This document shows, one piece after another, positions 30,465 to 41,329 of a stretch of 64,000 nucleotides of DNA (positions are counted from its first letter, which is position 1; each line of letters begins with the position of its first letter). The position numbers were made by a program, and so were the translations under genes. The notes under the pieces were generated by a model. The model was not told where the DNA came from. It did not search any database and was given only the letters and a program-made list of their open reading frames with translations. Source of the stretch: a virus (Duplodnaviria; Caudoviricetes); IMG/VR virus record IMGVR_UViG_3300042549_006840, positions 1,622 through 65,621 of that record; one strand, given 5' to 3'.

Positions 30465-33275
30465 CTAGGAAATAACAATTTTTGAAGACGCATTAGCACT
30501 TACATCAATATCGGAAGAAAGAATTACTTTACCAAACATTCTTGTTCCAGCTACGTGAATAATCTTTTTGAGTACTTCAGAATATTTTGTGAAAGGGACT
30601 TTTGATTGAATCTCATAACTATATTCTTGGTAGTAGTCACTATCCAATATTTTTTTATCACTAGAAGCAAAACCTCTGGTAGTTGAAAAGTACCCTTCTC
30701 CAACACCTTGTTTATTAAGGTTTGTTTGTGCAGTAACGATGTAAGGAGATCCTTCCTTCTCAAGAGAAACGTTCTCACCATTAATATAACCAAAACCCGA
30801 ATCAAGTACAGTAACGCCACTTACGACAGCGTTGGCAACTTGCACGTTAGCATTAATATCAGCATTCTCACCAATAGGTAAGGAACTAGCTTGTTCTGTC
30901 ACGCTCGCAATAGTAGCCAATGCACCTGTTGTAGTACCAATGATAGTATTTGAAGGATAAAAAGTGTTTTCAAAACTTAGTCTCTTAACTAAAAGCACTG
31001 AGTTATTGGATCCTTCTTTAACTTGGCCAACTGCCGTTGTTGCTATTGTTACAGCAGTGTTTACAAGAACAACATTAGCAGTAGCGTTAGTAGTTAGGGT
31101 GCGAAGCTGATATCCGTTTGTATTTGTATTTTGGAATGAGCCAGTTGAGCTGTAAAGTTTAACTGTTCCGCTACCACCTGTGATACCAGAAGAGTAAACG
31201 AAACCCGTAGCTATGTTTGAGGTACCATTACTTTGATACACATACTCGCTAGCTTCAAAGGAACTGGTGGGTGACCCATTAGCAGCAGTACCGGAAAAGT
31301 TTGTGACATTCAACTGAACAGCAGCTGAGTTGGATGTTTGTTTAACTATTTCACCAACAGAAAATAACTTAGTCGGGCTGCTGATAGTAATGGAAAAATC
31401 TTTACGCTTGTAACCAGCAACATCGGGCTCATAAACCAAAACAAAAGGATTGATGTTGTAATCTGTTCCTGGATTAATAGATGTAAGTGAAGCTACAGTG
31501 CCAATAACTGTACTGTTATATCTCAACGCATTGAGCAACGTTGTATTAATGTCGGCACCTGGATACTTAACAAACCCATATCCAGTTGCATTAGCATTAT
31601 TAGGACTCAAATCGAGATTAATATCAAGGAATGGAATGCTACCAGTATTATTTGATGAAAGCAAATCGGGGGTTAGAAGCACTGTTTCATCATTATCCAA
31701 AGAGCCTACTTGAAAAGTAGCGTCTGTACCGGAACTTACAAAATCAATATTTGCATAGCTGTTCGAAGTAGATCCAACAACATAAGAAAATATTGAAGAT
31801 GGATAAAATGTATTTAAAACTGAATCTAAACCCATGTGAGTAGCATTGGAACCAATTAACTTTCCACTTGCTGTGATATCTGCATTGTTAGCCACTACTG
31901 CAGTAAAAGAAAGATTAGAAGTATATGTGTTTACTGTAGCAATTGTCGCGTTATTGCTTGCAAGTCTAAAAGAAGTATTAGTTGCAGCAACGTTACCACT
32001 AATAGGTCTCAGTAATAAAGATCCCCTTGTAGTATTAGCTGTTGATACCGAAAGAATTAAAGCATTAGCAGATGAAGTAGCATTGATTGCTTCTATTACT
32101 GAATTGGCTGTAAAGAGGGAAATGTTCGAGGATGTATTGTATACCAAATCAACTAAGCTAGCTTTGAATACCAAGTTTGATGCAACAATATTACCAGATA
32201 TATTATTAACTCTTACTGTACCTACAGCGTTTGATACCAATGTAACAGAAACAATTCCAGCAGTAGCATTTGCAACAGAAGAATTACCTTGAGCAAACAG
32301 AATTGTATTAGCTGCAAAATACTGAGCATTCACAGCACTTGTGAACCCAACTCTCATTACTTGCTGAGATACATTTTCAAATCTACCAAACGCTGTGATT
32401 TGAGTATTACTATTAGTCAGTGTGTTATATCTCAAAACTTTGTCTGAGATGTAAACACTTGCGGTGTTGGAGAATCCGAAACCACCATCTATAATTTTAA
32501 AATTTACTCTACCAGTAGCACTAGAGATGGATGTTACAATAGCTTTAGCATTCTTACCATTATCAGAAACTACTTTAAATTCATCACCAACAGCAAAATC
32601 TTGACCGCCATTAAGCACATCAAGAGTAGTAAGTGAACCAGTAACAGAAGGAGCATTAATGGTGTTTGTGTTGGATGTTTCCACAACCTGCTCACCATAA
32701 AGGAAGTCACCTCTTACATTAGACAAGAAAAGCACATCAATAAACTTACCATTGACCCTTTTTTTAACAACACTTTCGCAAAAAGCTTTTGCTCCTGTTG
32801 AAACACCAACAACTTCTTTATTAACAAAAGATGTATTTCTTGGAGATACTGTAACTTCCAAATATTTTGGCTTTGTCCAAGTACCGTCTGAAGACTTTAA
32901 AATGTCTTGTCCAGGAAGATATACTGCAGAGTCTTGATTGAAAAGAGCTCTCATTGCAAGCTTGACGCTCTGCTCATTTCCTTTGTTTTGATACAAGTCA
33001 AGAATATTTCTGATGAACATTCTTTCATCAGCCTGGACTGATAAAGGAAGATCCTTAAGGAACGTTTCCTTGAAGTGAACTATAAACTGATCCACAGTTT
33101 TATCAATGTCTCTATACTCTATTAAGTTTCTAGAGTAATACGCTTGCTGTCCAGTAGTTTCTAACCACTTATAATAAGACTTAACAAATTCAATAAACAG
33201 TGGTCCCTCTTCATTATAGAAGGCAGGGAACTGCGATTGAATTAATGGGGAAACTAAGTCTTCAATATTCTTCAT
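30465..33275 (-). CDS. gp7: Baseplate wedge initiator
   Basis: QFPAFY..F.EFVKSYYKWLE start and DSDYYQEYSYEI...HVAG end; lies between gp6 and gp8. Confidence 0.75.
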   Translation of the reverse strand: MKNIEDLVSPLIQSQFPAFYNEEGPLFIEFVKSYYKWLETTGQQAYYSRNLIEYRDIDKTVDQFIVHFKETFLKDLPLSVQADERMFIRNILDLYQNKGNEQSVKLAMRALFNQDSAVYLPGQDILKSSDGTWTKPKYLEVTVSPRNTSFVNKEVVGVSTGAKAFCESVVKKRVNGKFIDVLFLSNVRGDFLYGEQVVETSNTNTINAPSVTGSLTTLDVLNGGQDFAVGDEFKVVSDNGKNAKAIVTSISSATGRVNFKIIDGGFGFSNTASVYISDKVLRYNTLTNSNTQITAFGRFENVSQQVMRVGFTSAVNAQYFAANTILFAQGNSSVANATAGIVSVTLVSNAVGTVRVNNISGNIVASNLVFKASLVDLVYNTSSNISLFTANSVIEAINATSSANALILSVSTANTTRGSLLLRPISGNVAATNTSFRLASNNATIATVNTYTSNLSFTAVVANNADITASGKLIGSNATHMGLDSVLNTFYPSSIFSYVVGSTSNSYANIDFVSSGTDATFQVGSLDNDETVLLTPDLLSSNNTGSIPFLDINLDLSPNNANATGYGFVKYPGADINTTLLNALRYNSTVIGTVASLTSINPGTDYNINPFVLVYEPDVAGYKRKDFSITISSPTKLFSVGEIVKQTSNSAAVQLNVTNFSGTAANGSPTSSFEASEYVYQSNGTSNIATGFVYSSGITGGSGTVKLYSSTGSFQNTNTNGYQLRTLTTNATANVVLVNTAVTIATTAVGQVKEGSNNSVLLVKRLSFENTFYPSNTIIGTTTGALATIASVTEQASSLPIGENADINANVQVANAVVSGVTVLDSGFGYINGENVSLEKEGSPYIVTAQTNLNKQGVGEGYFSTTRGFASSDKKILDSDYYQEYSYEIQSKVPFTKYSEVLKKIIHVAGTRMFGKVILSSDIDVSANASSKIVIS

Positions 33276-35059
33276 AACTTGACAGGTGTCACCGTAACTG
33301 TTACATCTTCATCTTTGATAGCAAGGATAACGTTCTTTGTACTAGAAAAATCTTTTGCATTACTTCTTGCATATATTTTAATGCCAGTACCTTCATAATC
33401 AGAAACATTAAGGTTTTGAATAGTAACAATGCCGTTTGTATAATCAACAGCTCCAACTACCTTTTTAATCTCTACAACACCACTTGTCAATTTAGCAACA
33501 TAAACTAAACCTCTTGTATCATCAACAAGGATAGATCTGTAACCTTCATAAGTGAAAGGCGAAGATTGAATTGTGTGACCATAGTGATACTCATCTGTGT
33601 TTAATACAACACCGGTTTCTGATTGGAATGAAAATCCAAAAATAATATCATAACTTTGATCTATATTCGTTGAAGGAGTAATAACTTTAATAGCGCGGAT
33701 TTCCGTATCATTACTAACAATGCTATCATCAGCTGAATCAATATCTTTTGTCAGCTTAGTGTAGAAGATTGTCTTTTTGAACCCTTCGAGATTGGTTGTG
33801 TTGTGAGCACTAATCTTAGACAGCACAGCTGTTCTAATATCACTAGACAATTTCGTAGTTGCGTTTACATTGTACTTAATATCAGAAACAACCTTAACAT
33901 ACATGAACTGAGGATCAACAAACACCACATCGACAGTCAGAGGAGTTTTGTCTTTGATAAAGTCACTGAACGTTTTAATTCTGTTTGCAGGTGTGCCGTC
34001 AGCATTCTGAACATCAACAGAAATAAACACTTTACCAAATTGTGGAGGAACCAAATCCTCTCCACCATAAGCTGAAATACTTTGGATATCACCAAAATTA
34101 GCTTTTAGGATTGTTTCGTAATCCGTTGCTGTAACTGCTCTTCCTTGAACCTGGAAGTTTCTAGGAGCATTATATCTAATAGACTCAATTGTCTCATTGA
34201 TTGCTCCACCAGTAGCACTTGAAATAGTGCTAATGGACACGTTGGCGTGAGAATCGATATTTCCATCGTTTAAGAATGTGGATGCTCCGTTTGGTAGTTC
34301 ACCACTAGATGTTCTATACTCAACAACAATCACAGAACCATCCCTTGGCTTTCTACCAAAAACATTATCACCAAATCTAACTTCATATTGTTGGTTTTCT
34401 GCTGCTTCGACAAAATAAGCTCTTGTCAACGAAGTTAGACCAATTAAGGTTTCTGTTTTTGTGTAAGCAAGAGTAGTGGATCCACCATCTTCAATCACAG
34501 TAACAGAAACACTACCGGTATCAATAGTTGGATTGGACATAACAAATCTTTGGGATGTATTGCTGTAATTCATCGTAAAACTATCAGCAATGTATGTTCC
34601 CTCATACAACATGATGTTAGCCGTGAATACACCGTTATTGGACGTGTTAATCACTTCATTTGAGGATGTTGAGAACGTGTATGTGTTTGAGCCAACTCTA
34701 GAAGTGAAAGTTGTTCCTTTTGGAATAACAATATTCGTTGTTGGTGATGAAGGAGTAACAGTCAGACCAATTTCAGCTGTTGCAGAAACAAAAGATCTAG
34801 GGGTGTAATTCAATGACTTAGCATGAGAGATAACACTATCACGGAGCTGAGCAGTGTCGATGAACATCTCACTAGCAACCATGTTAGTGTAGAAGGAATT
34901 CAAATAAGTGTTGTATGACAGCAGGTCAACCAACGTGTTAATGTTAGACCCTTCAAAGTCTACATCTTTAAATGCTGAGTTATTCTTAAGATATGTCTTA
35001 AGATTTGTTTTGATTGTTTGGAAATCTAGTCCAACCAGATCGATGCTGGTGTTAGCCAT
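33272..35059 (-). CDS. gp6: Baseplate wedge subunit
   Basis: LDFQTIKTNLK..DFEGSN..LLSYNT, RAVTATDY and PPQFGKVFIS. Confidence 0.93.
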   Translation of the reverse strand: MANTSIDLVGLDFQTIKTNLKTYLKNNSAFKDVDFEGSNINTLVDLLSYNTYLNSFYTNMVASEMFIDTAQLRDSVISHAKSLNYTPRSFVSATAEIGLTVTPSSPTTNIVIPKGTTFTSRVGSNTYTFSTSSNEVINTSNNGVFTANIMLYEGTYIADSFTMNYSNTSQRFVMSNPTIDTGSVSVTVIEDGGSTTLAYTKTETLIGLTSLTRAYFVEAAENQQYEVRFGDNVFGRKPRDGSVIVVEYRTSSGELPNGASTFLNDGNIDSHANVSISTISSATGGAINETIESIRYNAPRNFQVQGRAVTATDYETILKANFGDIQSISAYGGEDLVPPQFGKVFISVDVQNADGTPANRIKTFSDFIKDKTPLTVDVVFVDPQFMYVKVVSDIKYNVNATTKLSSDIRTAVLSKISAHNTTNLEGFKKTIFYTKLTKDIDSADDSIVSNDTEIRAIKVITPSTNIDQSYDIIFGFSFQSETGVVLNTDEYHYGHTIQSSPFTYEGYRSILVDDTRGLVYVAKLTSGVVEIKKVVGAVDYTNGIVTIQNLNVSDYEGTGIKIYARSNAKDFSSTKNVILAIKDEDVTVTVTPVKL

Positions 35060-35488
35060 TTATCGGATCCTATTTAAAATGAGTTCTAAGGTAACAGGTT
35101 CAGCTTTATTTATTACGCTGAAAACAATATTAATGTACATCGAATTCTGATCTGGGTTGCCAGAAACATTAACATCGATCACATTTGCTCTTGGCTCGTG
35201 ATTTCCAATTGCGGTTTTAATTAAGTCTGCAACAACTTGTTCGGTTGATGGTGAGAAGTTCTCAAACAACATTTTTCTGATGTCGCTGCCAAACGTTGGA
35301 TTGAAGAATCGCTCACCCTTATCCGTCAGAAGAATGTTTCTAATTGACCTTTTAACAGAGTCTTCATTCTTATATGAAAGCAGATCTTTCTTAACTAGTT
35401 CCAAATCAAAATTAGAATAGAAGTCGGAATAGACTAGCGGCTTGGCAGTCTGAGGAGTTGTTTTTGTTTTTCTTACTACGATTGCCAT
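35060..35488 (-). CDS. gp25: Baseplate wedge subunit
   Basis: SVKRSIRNILLT..GERFFNPTFGS and HEPRA. Confidence 0.93.
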   Translation of the reverse strand: MAIVVRKTKTTPQTAKPLVYSDFYSNFDLELVKKDLLSYKNEDSVKRSIRNILLTDKGERFFNPTFGSDIRKMLFENFSPSTEQVVADLIKTAIGNHEPRANVIDVNVSGNPDQNSMYINIVFSVINKAEPVTLELILNRIR

Positions 35489-35489
35489 A

Positions 35490-36323
35490 TTAGCCGCCTA
35501 TGAATACTGTACTTGATCCAGACTCAATCTTATTGGTACCAACAGCGTTACCAGGATCCTGTGTGTCAGCTGTATCACCAACACGAGCTGCACCATTTGC
35601 GCCTTGATTGAGATTGATCGTCTTCCCGTTAATTTTTATATCCCCAGAAACATTGAGGTTGTAGTTTCCATCAACCTTAACATCCACATTACCCTTAATC
35701 TCTACTTTTGCATTACCTTGAATGTAAACAGTCTTATCCTTAAGAACAACTTCGATGTCATCTCCAACAATCTTATTAACTCTTCTACCTTCTTGGTTAA
35801 TCTCTAAGTAAGTTCCGGTTCTATGAAAAACATGGATTCTCTCCTTATTAGGAGTGTCATCAAGTTCTACAATATGACCACTTTCAGATTGATACACTCT
35901 ATTGTAGGGATATGTCGCAGAATACGCAGAAGACGGCTCAGGACCAACTGTATTTTTATTTAGTGGGTTCACTTCACGAGCAAGCAGAGTAACATCGTGC
36001 TTAGCTGGATCCCTATCCTCAATACCAGGCAACGATCCAAGAATCATTGGCATTTGACCTTCACTACCATCAGCAAAGAAACCAACAACAGTAGATCCAA
36101 CCATCAATCCCGTTGGCGACAAACCTGTCTTTTGGTAACTTGCGCTGGTTGGTTGCATAATGATGAAAGCCCACTGTAGATCAGCAGTTGGAGTTTTGAC
36201 TCTGTCACCATGGAAGTTATGAACTCGGACTTTGACACGGCCAAGCTTTTGAGGATCATCTCTATCCTCAACAACACCAAACCACCAAAAAAAGCCTTCA
36301 GTTCCAAAATTCTTTGTTGTCAT
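35490..36323 (-). CDS. gp5: Baseplate central spike (no lysozyme domain; PAAR-like C-terminus)
   Basis: WFGVVEDRDDPQKLGRVKVR OB-fold, YPYNRV..ESGHIVELDDTP, beta-helix, then AARVGD...SGSSTVFIGG. Confidence 0.9.
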   Translation of the reverse strand: MTTKNFGTEGFFWWFGVVEDRDDPQKLGRVKVRVHNFHGDRVKTPTADLQWAFIIMQPTSASYQKTGLSPTGLMVGSTVVGFFADGSEGQMPMILGSLPGIEDRDPAKHDVTLLAREVNPLNKNTVGPEPSSAYSATYPYNRVYQSESGHIVELDDTPNKERIHVFHRTGTYLEINQEGRRVNKIVGDDIEVVLKDKTVYIQGNAKVEIKGNVDVKVDGNYNLNVSGDIKINGKTINLNQGANGAARVGDTADTQDPGNAVGTNKIESGSSTVFIGG

Positions 36324-37561
36324 CCTAAACCAACCTTATTGCAATCAAATGAAATATAATGCTTAGTTTTACCAACTGTGGTTATATTATGTCTCAATCT
36401 TGTAACGATGTAGTTGCCATCTACTAGATCATCTGTTCCTTTGGCTTCTGTTGTACCAGATGCCTTAGGAAGATTAAGTTCAATTACATCTCCAGCTTTG
36501 ATAGAAGAGTCACCTGGAATATAAGCTCTAACAAAATTTGAATTGAAAAGCTTTTGGTAAGCTAACCTAGCTCCCATCATATTCTCTAAGAAGTTTTCTT
36601 TTCGGTTGGTGTCTTTAGGAATGAAGAAGTTGAAAGTTGGTTCATTTGCGAAATCTTTAATCATTGATTCAGAAATGTTAAGAGTATTCTTTTTATCTGA
36701 TCCAACCATTTGTGAAAATTTCTGAGTCATGTCAAAGGATGTATCACTTACTTTCTTGGAAAAGATATCAAACGTCTTAACTCTATTTTTAATACCACCT
36801 TCTTGTATTACATCTGTTAAGTCAGTTCTTCCAATATTTTCATATTCAATAATACTTCTAAACATTAATGCTTCTGTATTTTTATCTTTTTGACCATTAC
36901 TAAAATAATAAAACTTTTTGGAACCTATTTTTTCTTTACCATCCTCCATCATTTGCTCAATGCATTTGAAGTTGAACCCATCTTGGTTTTCAAAAAACAC
37001 AAAAGAAGATGAAAGATATTTTGGATGTACAGCTCTTTTTCTGATAATATCTATAGCTACGAAAGGTGTCACTTTAGGAAACACTATAGTCTCGTTGCCC
37101 TTACAAGGATCAATGTCAACTATTTTATCCGTTTCTAAGTATCTTGTAAAAATATTACCAACAATATCATTAATAGTTTCATTGTAGCTGTGAACAATGT
37201 TGATATTGCTTTGTGTTAACTGCTCTTTACTAACACACTTCAGAGTGTACGTGTATCCTTTACCATTCATCTGCTGTTGTACATCAGAAACAGCATAGGT
37301 GTTGAATTTATAGGTTGTTGGGTAAGAAAGCCCAGGAGTTTGAAAAGTAATCTCAAATAACTCTTCACCTATAATTGGAAAGTCGTTTATTAATCCAATC
37401 TTATCATCGAAGGTTATTTCAGCATATAACGTTGGAGAATTAAAATCTTCATATATGTCAATAGCAGAAATCTGATCGGAAGGATTGATTTCAGCCTTAG
37501 TATTTTTATTACTCAAAGTAATATCTTTGATTATAACATCTCCGACTTCGTAGTTGGTCAT
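36320..37561 (-). CDS. Baseplate hub protein (gp27-like position)
   Basis: IYEDF, FVFFENQDGFNF, PGDSSIKAGDVI and GNYIVTRLRH; lies between gp53 and gp5. Confidence 0.65.
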   Translation of the reverse strand: MTNYEVGDVIIKDITLSNKNTKAEINPSDQISAIDIYEDFNSPTLYAEITFDDKIGLINDFPIIGEELFEITFQTPGLSYPTTYKFNTYAVSDVQQQMNGKGYTYTLKCVSKEQLTQSNINIVHSYNETINDIVGNIFTRYLETDKIVDIDPCKGNETIVFPKVTPFVAIDIIRKRAVHPKYLSSSFVFFENQDGFNFKCIEQMMEDGKEKIGSKKFYYFSNGQKDKNTEALMFRSIIEYENIGRTDLTDVIQEGGIKNRVKTFDIFSKKVSDTSFDMTQKFSQMVGSDKKNTLNISESMIKDFANEPTFNFFIPKDTNRKENFLENMMGARLAYQKLFNSNFVRAYIPGDSSIKAGDVIELNLPKASGTTEAKGTDDLVDGNYIVTRLRHNITTVGKTKHYISFDCNKVGLG

Positions 37562-38370
37562 CTAAAAAGTTCTCTCATATCTTTTTCAATCTTACCAACA
37601 TACGCCTTATCAAGAATCTTGATAAAATGTTTACTTTCATTCAATTCTTCTTCATATGTGAAACTGGTTACAGGTTCCCAATAAGAAGCCTCAATATCAG
37701 ATAACGGTTGGCTGACAGTATTAGCAGCTGTGATTGTAGCACCAGTAGCTGCTCCGGTGGTGAATGAACCTGTTATTTTATCTAATACAACATGAGATGT
37801 GTTTGCAAAAGTAACAAAACCACTCGAGGCACCTTGAGTTAATCTATCACCAACGCTGAATGTACCTGAAGATATTGTCAAGTCTATCACTTTATTTGTT
37901 TCGAGTACTTGATCCAATTCTTTTCTCTCATAAGAAACAACCTCTCCATTGAACCCCAAAACTGGCTTAAAGTATTTTTTAAGGTATTGAGAAAGTGCGT
38001 TGTATGAAGATAATGATAAAACAGTATCATCGGAAGCGTAATTGTTTCTATAAAAAGCTATTTTGGCTTGGGCTGCGGATACGGAACCATATTTGGCTGT
38101 GATGTAACTATAGAACTGGTTCTGACTCAAAGGCCAGTCATAATAGGGATCCATTATGTCATTTGCGAGATATATTATCCAATCTAATTCTGGATTATCA
38201 TAATATCTTGCGGCAATTTGATCAGGTCTTTCACCTTGCTCAATAGTATATGGATAAAAAACTGCTAAGTTTTTTTGAACACTTTGATCAAATTTAACTT
38301 TAGATATTACATTGGTAACGATCGTATTGGCATATTCGGTAGATGGGAAGAAGTTGAAATATCCAGCCAT
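37558..38370 (-). CDS. gp53: Baseplate wedge subunit
   Basis: YFNFFP, GERPDQIAARYY..DWIIYLANDI.DPYYDWPL and YEEELNESK..IKIL. Confidence 0.9.
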   Translation of the reverse strand: MAGYFNFFPSTEYANTIVTNVISKVKFDQSVQKNLAVFYPYTIEQGERPDQIAARYYDNPELDWIIYLANDIMDPYYDWPLSQNQFYSYITAKYGSVSAAQAKIAFYRNNYASDDTVLSLSSYNALSQYLKKYFKPVLGFNGEVVSYERKELDQVLETNKVIDLTISSGTFSVGDRLTQGASSGFVTFANTSHVVLDKITGSFTTGAATGATITAANTVSQPLSDIEASYWEPVTSFTYEEELNESKHFIKILDKAYVGKIEKDMRELFR

Positions 38371-39458
38371 TATGCACCACCTCCAGGCATAACATTACCT
38401 AGTGAAGGAGAAAGAACTGTTGTTTGCCTTTCATCTTCGTAATCTTTTCTAGTAACAACTCTTACTTCTTTGAAGTTCAATCCAATCTCTACATCCGTTG
38501 GAGAACCATCTTTGAAAAAGGCGGGTGTTCCATTAGGAGCATAATTAACAGTCATAGATGTCAAAACGGATCTTTGAATTTTATATGGCTCCGTACCTTT
38601 GGGACCAAATGAAATGTCCACGACATCGGGAAAGGAGAATAGTGGGCCAGTTGAAGATTCAGCACTCAAGGCTGTTCCGGGTAACATACGTCTTTTAATT
38701 GTTTTAACAATCCTTTTAAGCAAGTCAGCTTCTTGTTTGTTTTTTGGAGAGAACCTAAAAGTGAAGCTATGCTCTCTCAATCCAATATCCTGAAAAATAG
38801 CAGCCAAGTGAGGATTTGGAACAATGCCAGTAGCTTTATCAATGTTAGCTCTAATGGTTTCGTTGGATATTTTAGCAACGCCAGCAGCATAAGCACCCGA
38901 ACCAACTTCTTTCAGAGCAGTAGACCCAGCTCCTTTCAAAGCACCACCCAACTGACTCATTGCCCCACCGCCAGCCTCAGCAGCACCCCTTTTGGCACCT
39001 TCAGCTAATGCCCCAGTGATAGGACCTAGTTTAGCATCATTGTAAGATACAGAGAAGTTTTCGTTTAAGTTAGATGGAATAGGAAATATTACAACAACTG
39101 TTGGTTCATCCTTAGCAATTTTCAAAGCCGCTTCTTTAACATAAGACTGGAAACTAAACTTAATAAAGTACTTACCAATGTCTTGAGGATATGTTAAAAC
39201 TTCAAACACATCTTTATTGGTTAATGATTCTTGAGACAACTGAGCAGCCAAAGCACTGGGTGAATTGGGAAACTCATTGGTCTTAAATTTAGTAATTGGC
39301 TTGTAACCCGCAGCTGAAGCAGCTCCTGCAACATCCCCAAACTGGGTTTTGTTGAAAGCTTGCTGCGTTTGTGATACAATACCACCTATTTTGTTTGCGA
39401 GTGCCGCTCCTGCCGCAAACCCAGCAACAGTGGCTGCGGCTTTAGAGAAAAACGCCAT
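38370..39458 (-). CDS. gp48: Baseplate tail-tube cap
   Basis: NPHLAAIFQDIGLREHSFTFRFSPKN and LTSMTVNYAPNG..F.DGSP...L.FKE. Confidence 0.85.
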   Translation of the reverse strand: MAFFSKAAATVAGFAAGAALANKIGGIVSQTQQAFNKTQFGDVAGAASAAGYKPITKFKTNEFPNSPSALAAQLSQESLTNKDVFEVLTYPQDIGKYFIKFSFQSYVKEAALKIAKDEPTVVVIFPIPSNLNENFSVSYNDAKLGPITGALAEGAKRGAAEAGGGAMSQLGGALKGAGSTALKEVGSGAYAAGVAKISNETIRANIDKATGIVPNPHLAAIFQDIGLREHSFTFRFSPKNKQEADLLKRIVKTIKRRMLPGTALSAESSTGPLFSFPDVVDISFGPKGTEPYKIQRSVLTSMTVNYAPNGTPAFFKDGSPTDVEIGLNFKEVRVVTRKDYEDERQTTVLSPSLGNVMPGGGA

Positions 39459-39469
39459 AAATATTTCCT

Positions 39470-39910
39470 ATGAGCTATAAAGGTTATTTTAAACCAAGGA
39501 ATCCATCCAAGTATATGGGAGACCCTACAACTATTATTTATCGTAGTAGTTGGGAGCTAAAATTGATGAGGTATCTGGATTCTCATTCTGATGTGATTAA
39601 ATGGGCTAGTGAAGAGTTCAGTATACCTTACGTTTCTCCAATTGATGGTAAAGTACATAGATACTTTCCTGACTTCCTGGTTAAGAAACGAAACTTAAAC
39701 AAGTCTATAGAAACAGTTGTTATTGAAGTTAAGCCTAAAATACAAACGACAGCACCCACAGTCCAGAAAAAAGCTAACAAAAGATATATTAGAGAAGTTT
39801 ATACATGGGGTGTTAATAGTGCTAAATGGGAAGCTGCAAAAAGGTACTGTGACCACAGAGAGTGGAAATTTGTTATAATGACTGAACACGAACTAGGAAT
39901 CAAATTTTAA
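39470..39910 (+). CDS. gp4: Head completion protein (TnsA-like nuclease fold)
   Basis: KYMGDPTTIIYRSSWE, HRYFPDF, IEVKP and NSAKWEAA. Confidence 0.92.
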   Translation: MSYKGYFKPRNPSKYMGDPTTIIYRSSWELKLMRYLDSHSDVIKWASEEFSIPYVSPIDGKVHRYFPDFLVKKRNLNKSIETVVIEVKPKIQTTAPTVQKKANKRYIREVYTWGVNSAKWEAAKRYCDHREWKFVIMTEHELGIKF

Positions 39911-40494
39911 TGGCAACAACAATATTTCAAAACGTAATTCAAAAAGCAGGTGCAGGTGCTCAGAATTCTTTAGAAGCACGTAACTGGCTTAGGCAAAAAG
40001 CAGCTGAAGTGCGTACAGTCAATCCCAAGGCTACTATTCAGCAAGGACCTTTTCTTACAAACAGAATTAGTGCAGGTAATATGTACTTGTTTGCTTATGA
40101 TCCTAAGACTAAAGAAGATTTACCCTATTATGACAGGTTTCCGCTAGTATTTCCGTTCAGAAAAGTTCAAGATGGATTCTACGGTATCAATATGCACTAC
40201 CTTCCACCTTTGCTTAGAGCAAAACTAATGGATGCTTTATATGATACCGTTAACAATGATAAGATGGATGAAACAACCCGACTCAGAATAAACTACAGGA
40301 TTCTTCAGAGTGCTGCTAAGTTTAGGTACTTTGAGCCATGTGTAAAGCACTACCTAAATAATCATGTTAAGACCCGTTTCCTTAGGGTTGACCCTACGCA
40401 ATGGGATGTTGCATTGTTTCTTCCTCTTGAAAGATTTGCTAAAGCAAACAAGTTGAAGGTTTACGCCGATTCTAAGAAAAAGATCTATCAATAA
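39910..40494 (+). CDS. gp2: DNA end protector
   Basis: YDPKTKEDLPYYDRFPLV, GINMHYLPP and CVKHYL. Confidence 0.92.
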   Translation: MATTIFQNVIQKAGAGAQNSLEARNWLRQKAAEVRTVNPKATIQQGPFLTNRISAGNMYLFAYDPKTKEDLPYYDRFPLVFPFRKVQDGFYGINMHYLPPLLRAKLMDALYDTVNNDKMDETTRLRINYRILQSAAKFRYFEPCVKHYLNNHVKTRFLRVDPTQWDVALFLPLERFAKANKLKVYADSKKKIYQ

Positions 40495-41315
40495 TGGCCG
40501 CTAAGTTTCTAGGAACAGCTCTATCAGCTGTTGGTTTGTATTCAGCACTGAAAAGCAGTTCTTCTAAAGGAGCTACTGGCCGTTATGATGGTTTCTTGTC
40601 TGAGTTCAGAAACAAGTCGTTTGCTAGGACTAATCTTTTTGAAGTTACCATTCAACCCCCAAGAATTATGAATGGTAGTAAAATGTTTGAGAGCTTGCAT
40701 TTATATGCAGAGTCAGCAAATATTCCTGGTTTAATGTTCGCTACTTCTGAAACGAGACGGTATGGTATTGGTCCAATTGAAAAAAAGCCATATGCCCCTA
40801 TCTTCAATGATATTTCTGTGTCTTTCCTTGTAGATGGCCAAGGAGACTTGTATAAGTTCTTCTATACATGGATGAATAAGATTGTATCAAGCGATCAGTT
40901 TGTTAATGGTAATACTGTTACAGCTAACGGACTTGCGCCATTCGAAGTTGAATTCAAAGACGACTATAAATGTCAGATGATGATATCAACATTTGATGAA
41001 GCTGGTAATGGAGTGTTGAGTAGCCAAATTGTTGATGCTATTCCAATCTCTATTTCTGACACAGCTTTCAGTTGGGGTGACAACGATCAAGTTATGAAGT
41101 TGCAAGTTACATTCACTTACTTCCAGCACATTCTCAACACCGATAAAGGTGAGCCTATTTCAGGTTACAAAAAACCTCTTTCTGGATTCCAGCAAATTGT
41201 CAAAGCTGGAACAGCACTTCAAGCAATATCCTCACTCAAGAAACCTCAGAGTGTTGGTGATGTTATCAACGTTATTAATAATGCCAAAGTTATCACTGGA
41301 GGATACTTCGGCTAA
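40494..41315 (+). CDS. gp54: Baseplate tail-tube initiator (gp54/gp19-like)
   Basis: ARTNLFEV, ESANIPG and AIPISI...KLQVTFTY tube-protein fold; position between gp2 and gp26. Confidence 0.7.
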   Translation: MAAKFLGTALSAVGLYSALKSSSSKGATGRYDGFLSEFRNKSFARTNLFEVTIQPPRIMNGSKMFESLHLYAESANIPGLMFATSETRRYGIGPIEKKPYAPIFNDISVSFLVDGQGDLYKFFYTWMNKIVSSDQFVNGNTVTANGLAPFEVEFKDDYKCQMMISTFDEAGNGVLSSQIVDAIPISISDTAFSWGDNDQVMKLQVTFTYFQHILNTDKGEPISGYKKPLSGFQQIVKAGTALQAISSLKKPQSVGDVINVINNAKVITGGYFG

Positions 41316-41329
41316 TTGGAGAAAATATT

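Noticed and set aside
39470-39910. TnsA-like nuclease as a transposon
   Set aside because: Motifs and position beside gp2 identify it as head completion protein gp4; no other transposon genes or ends.
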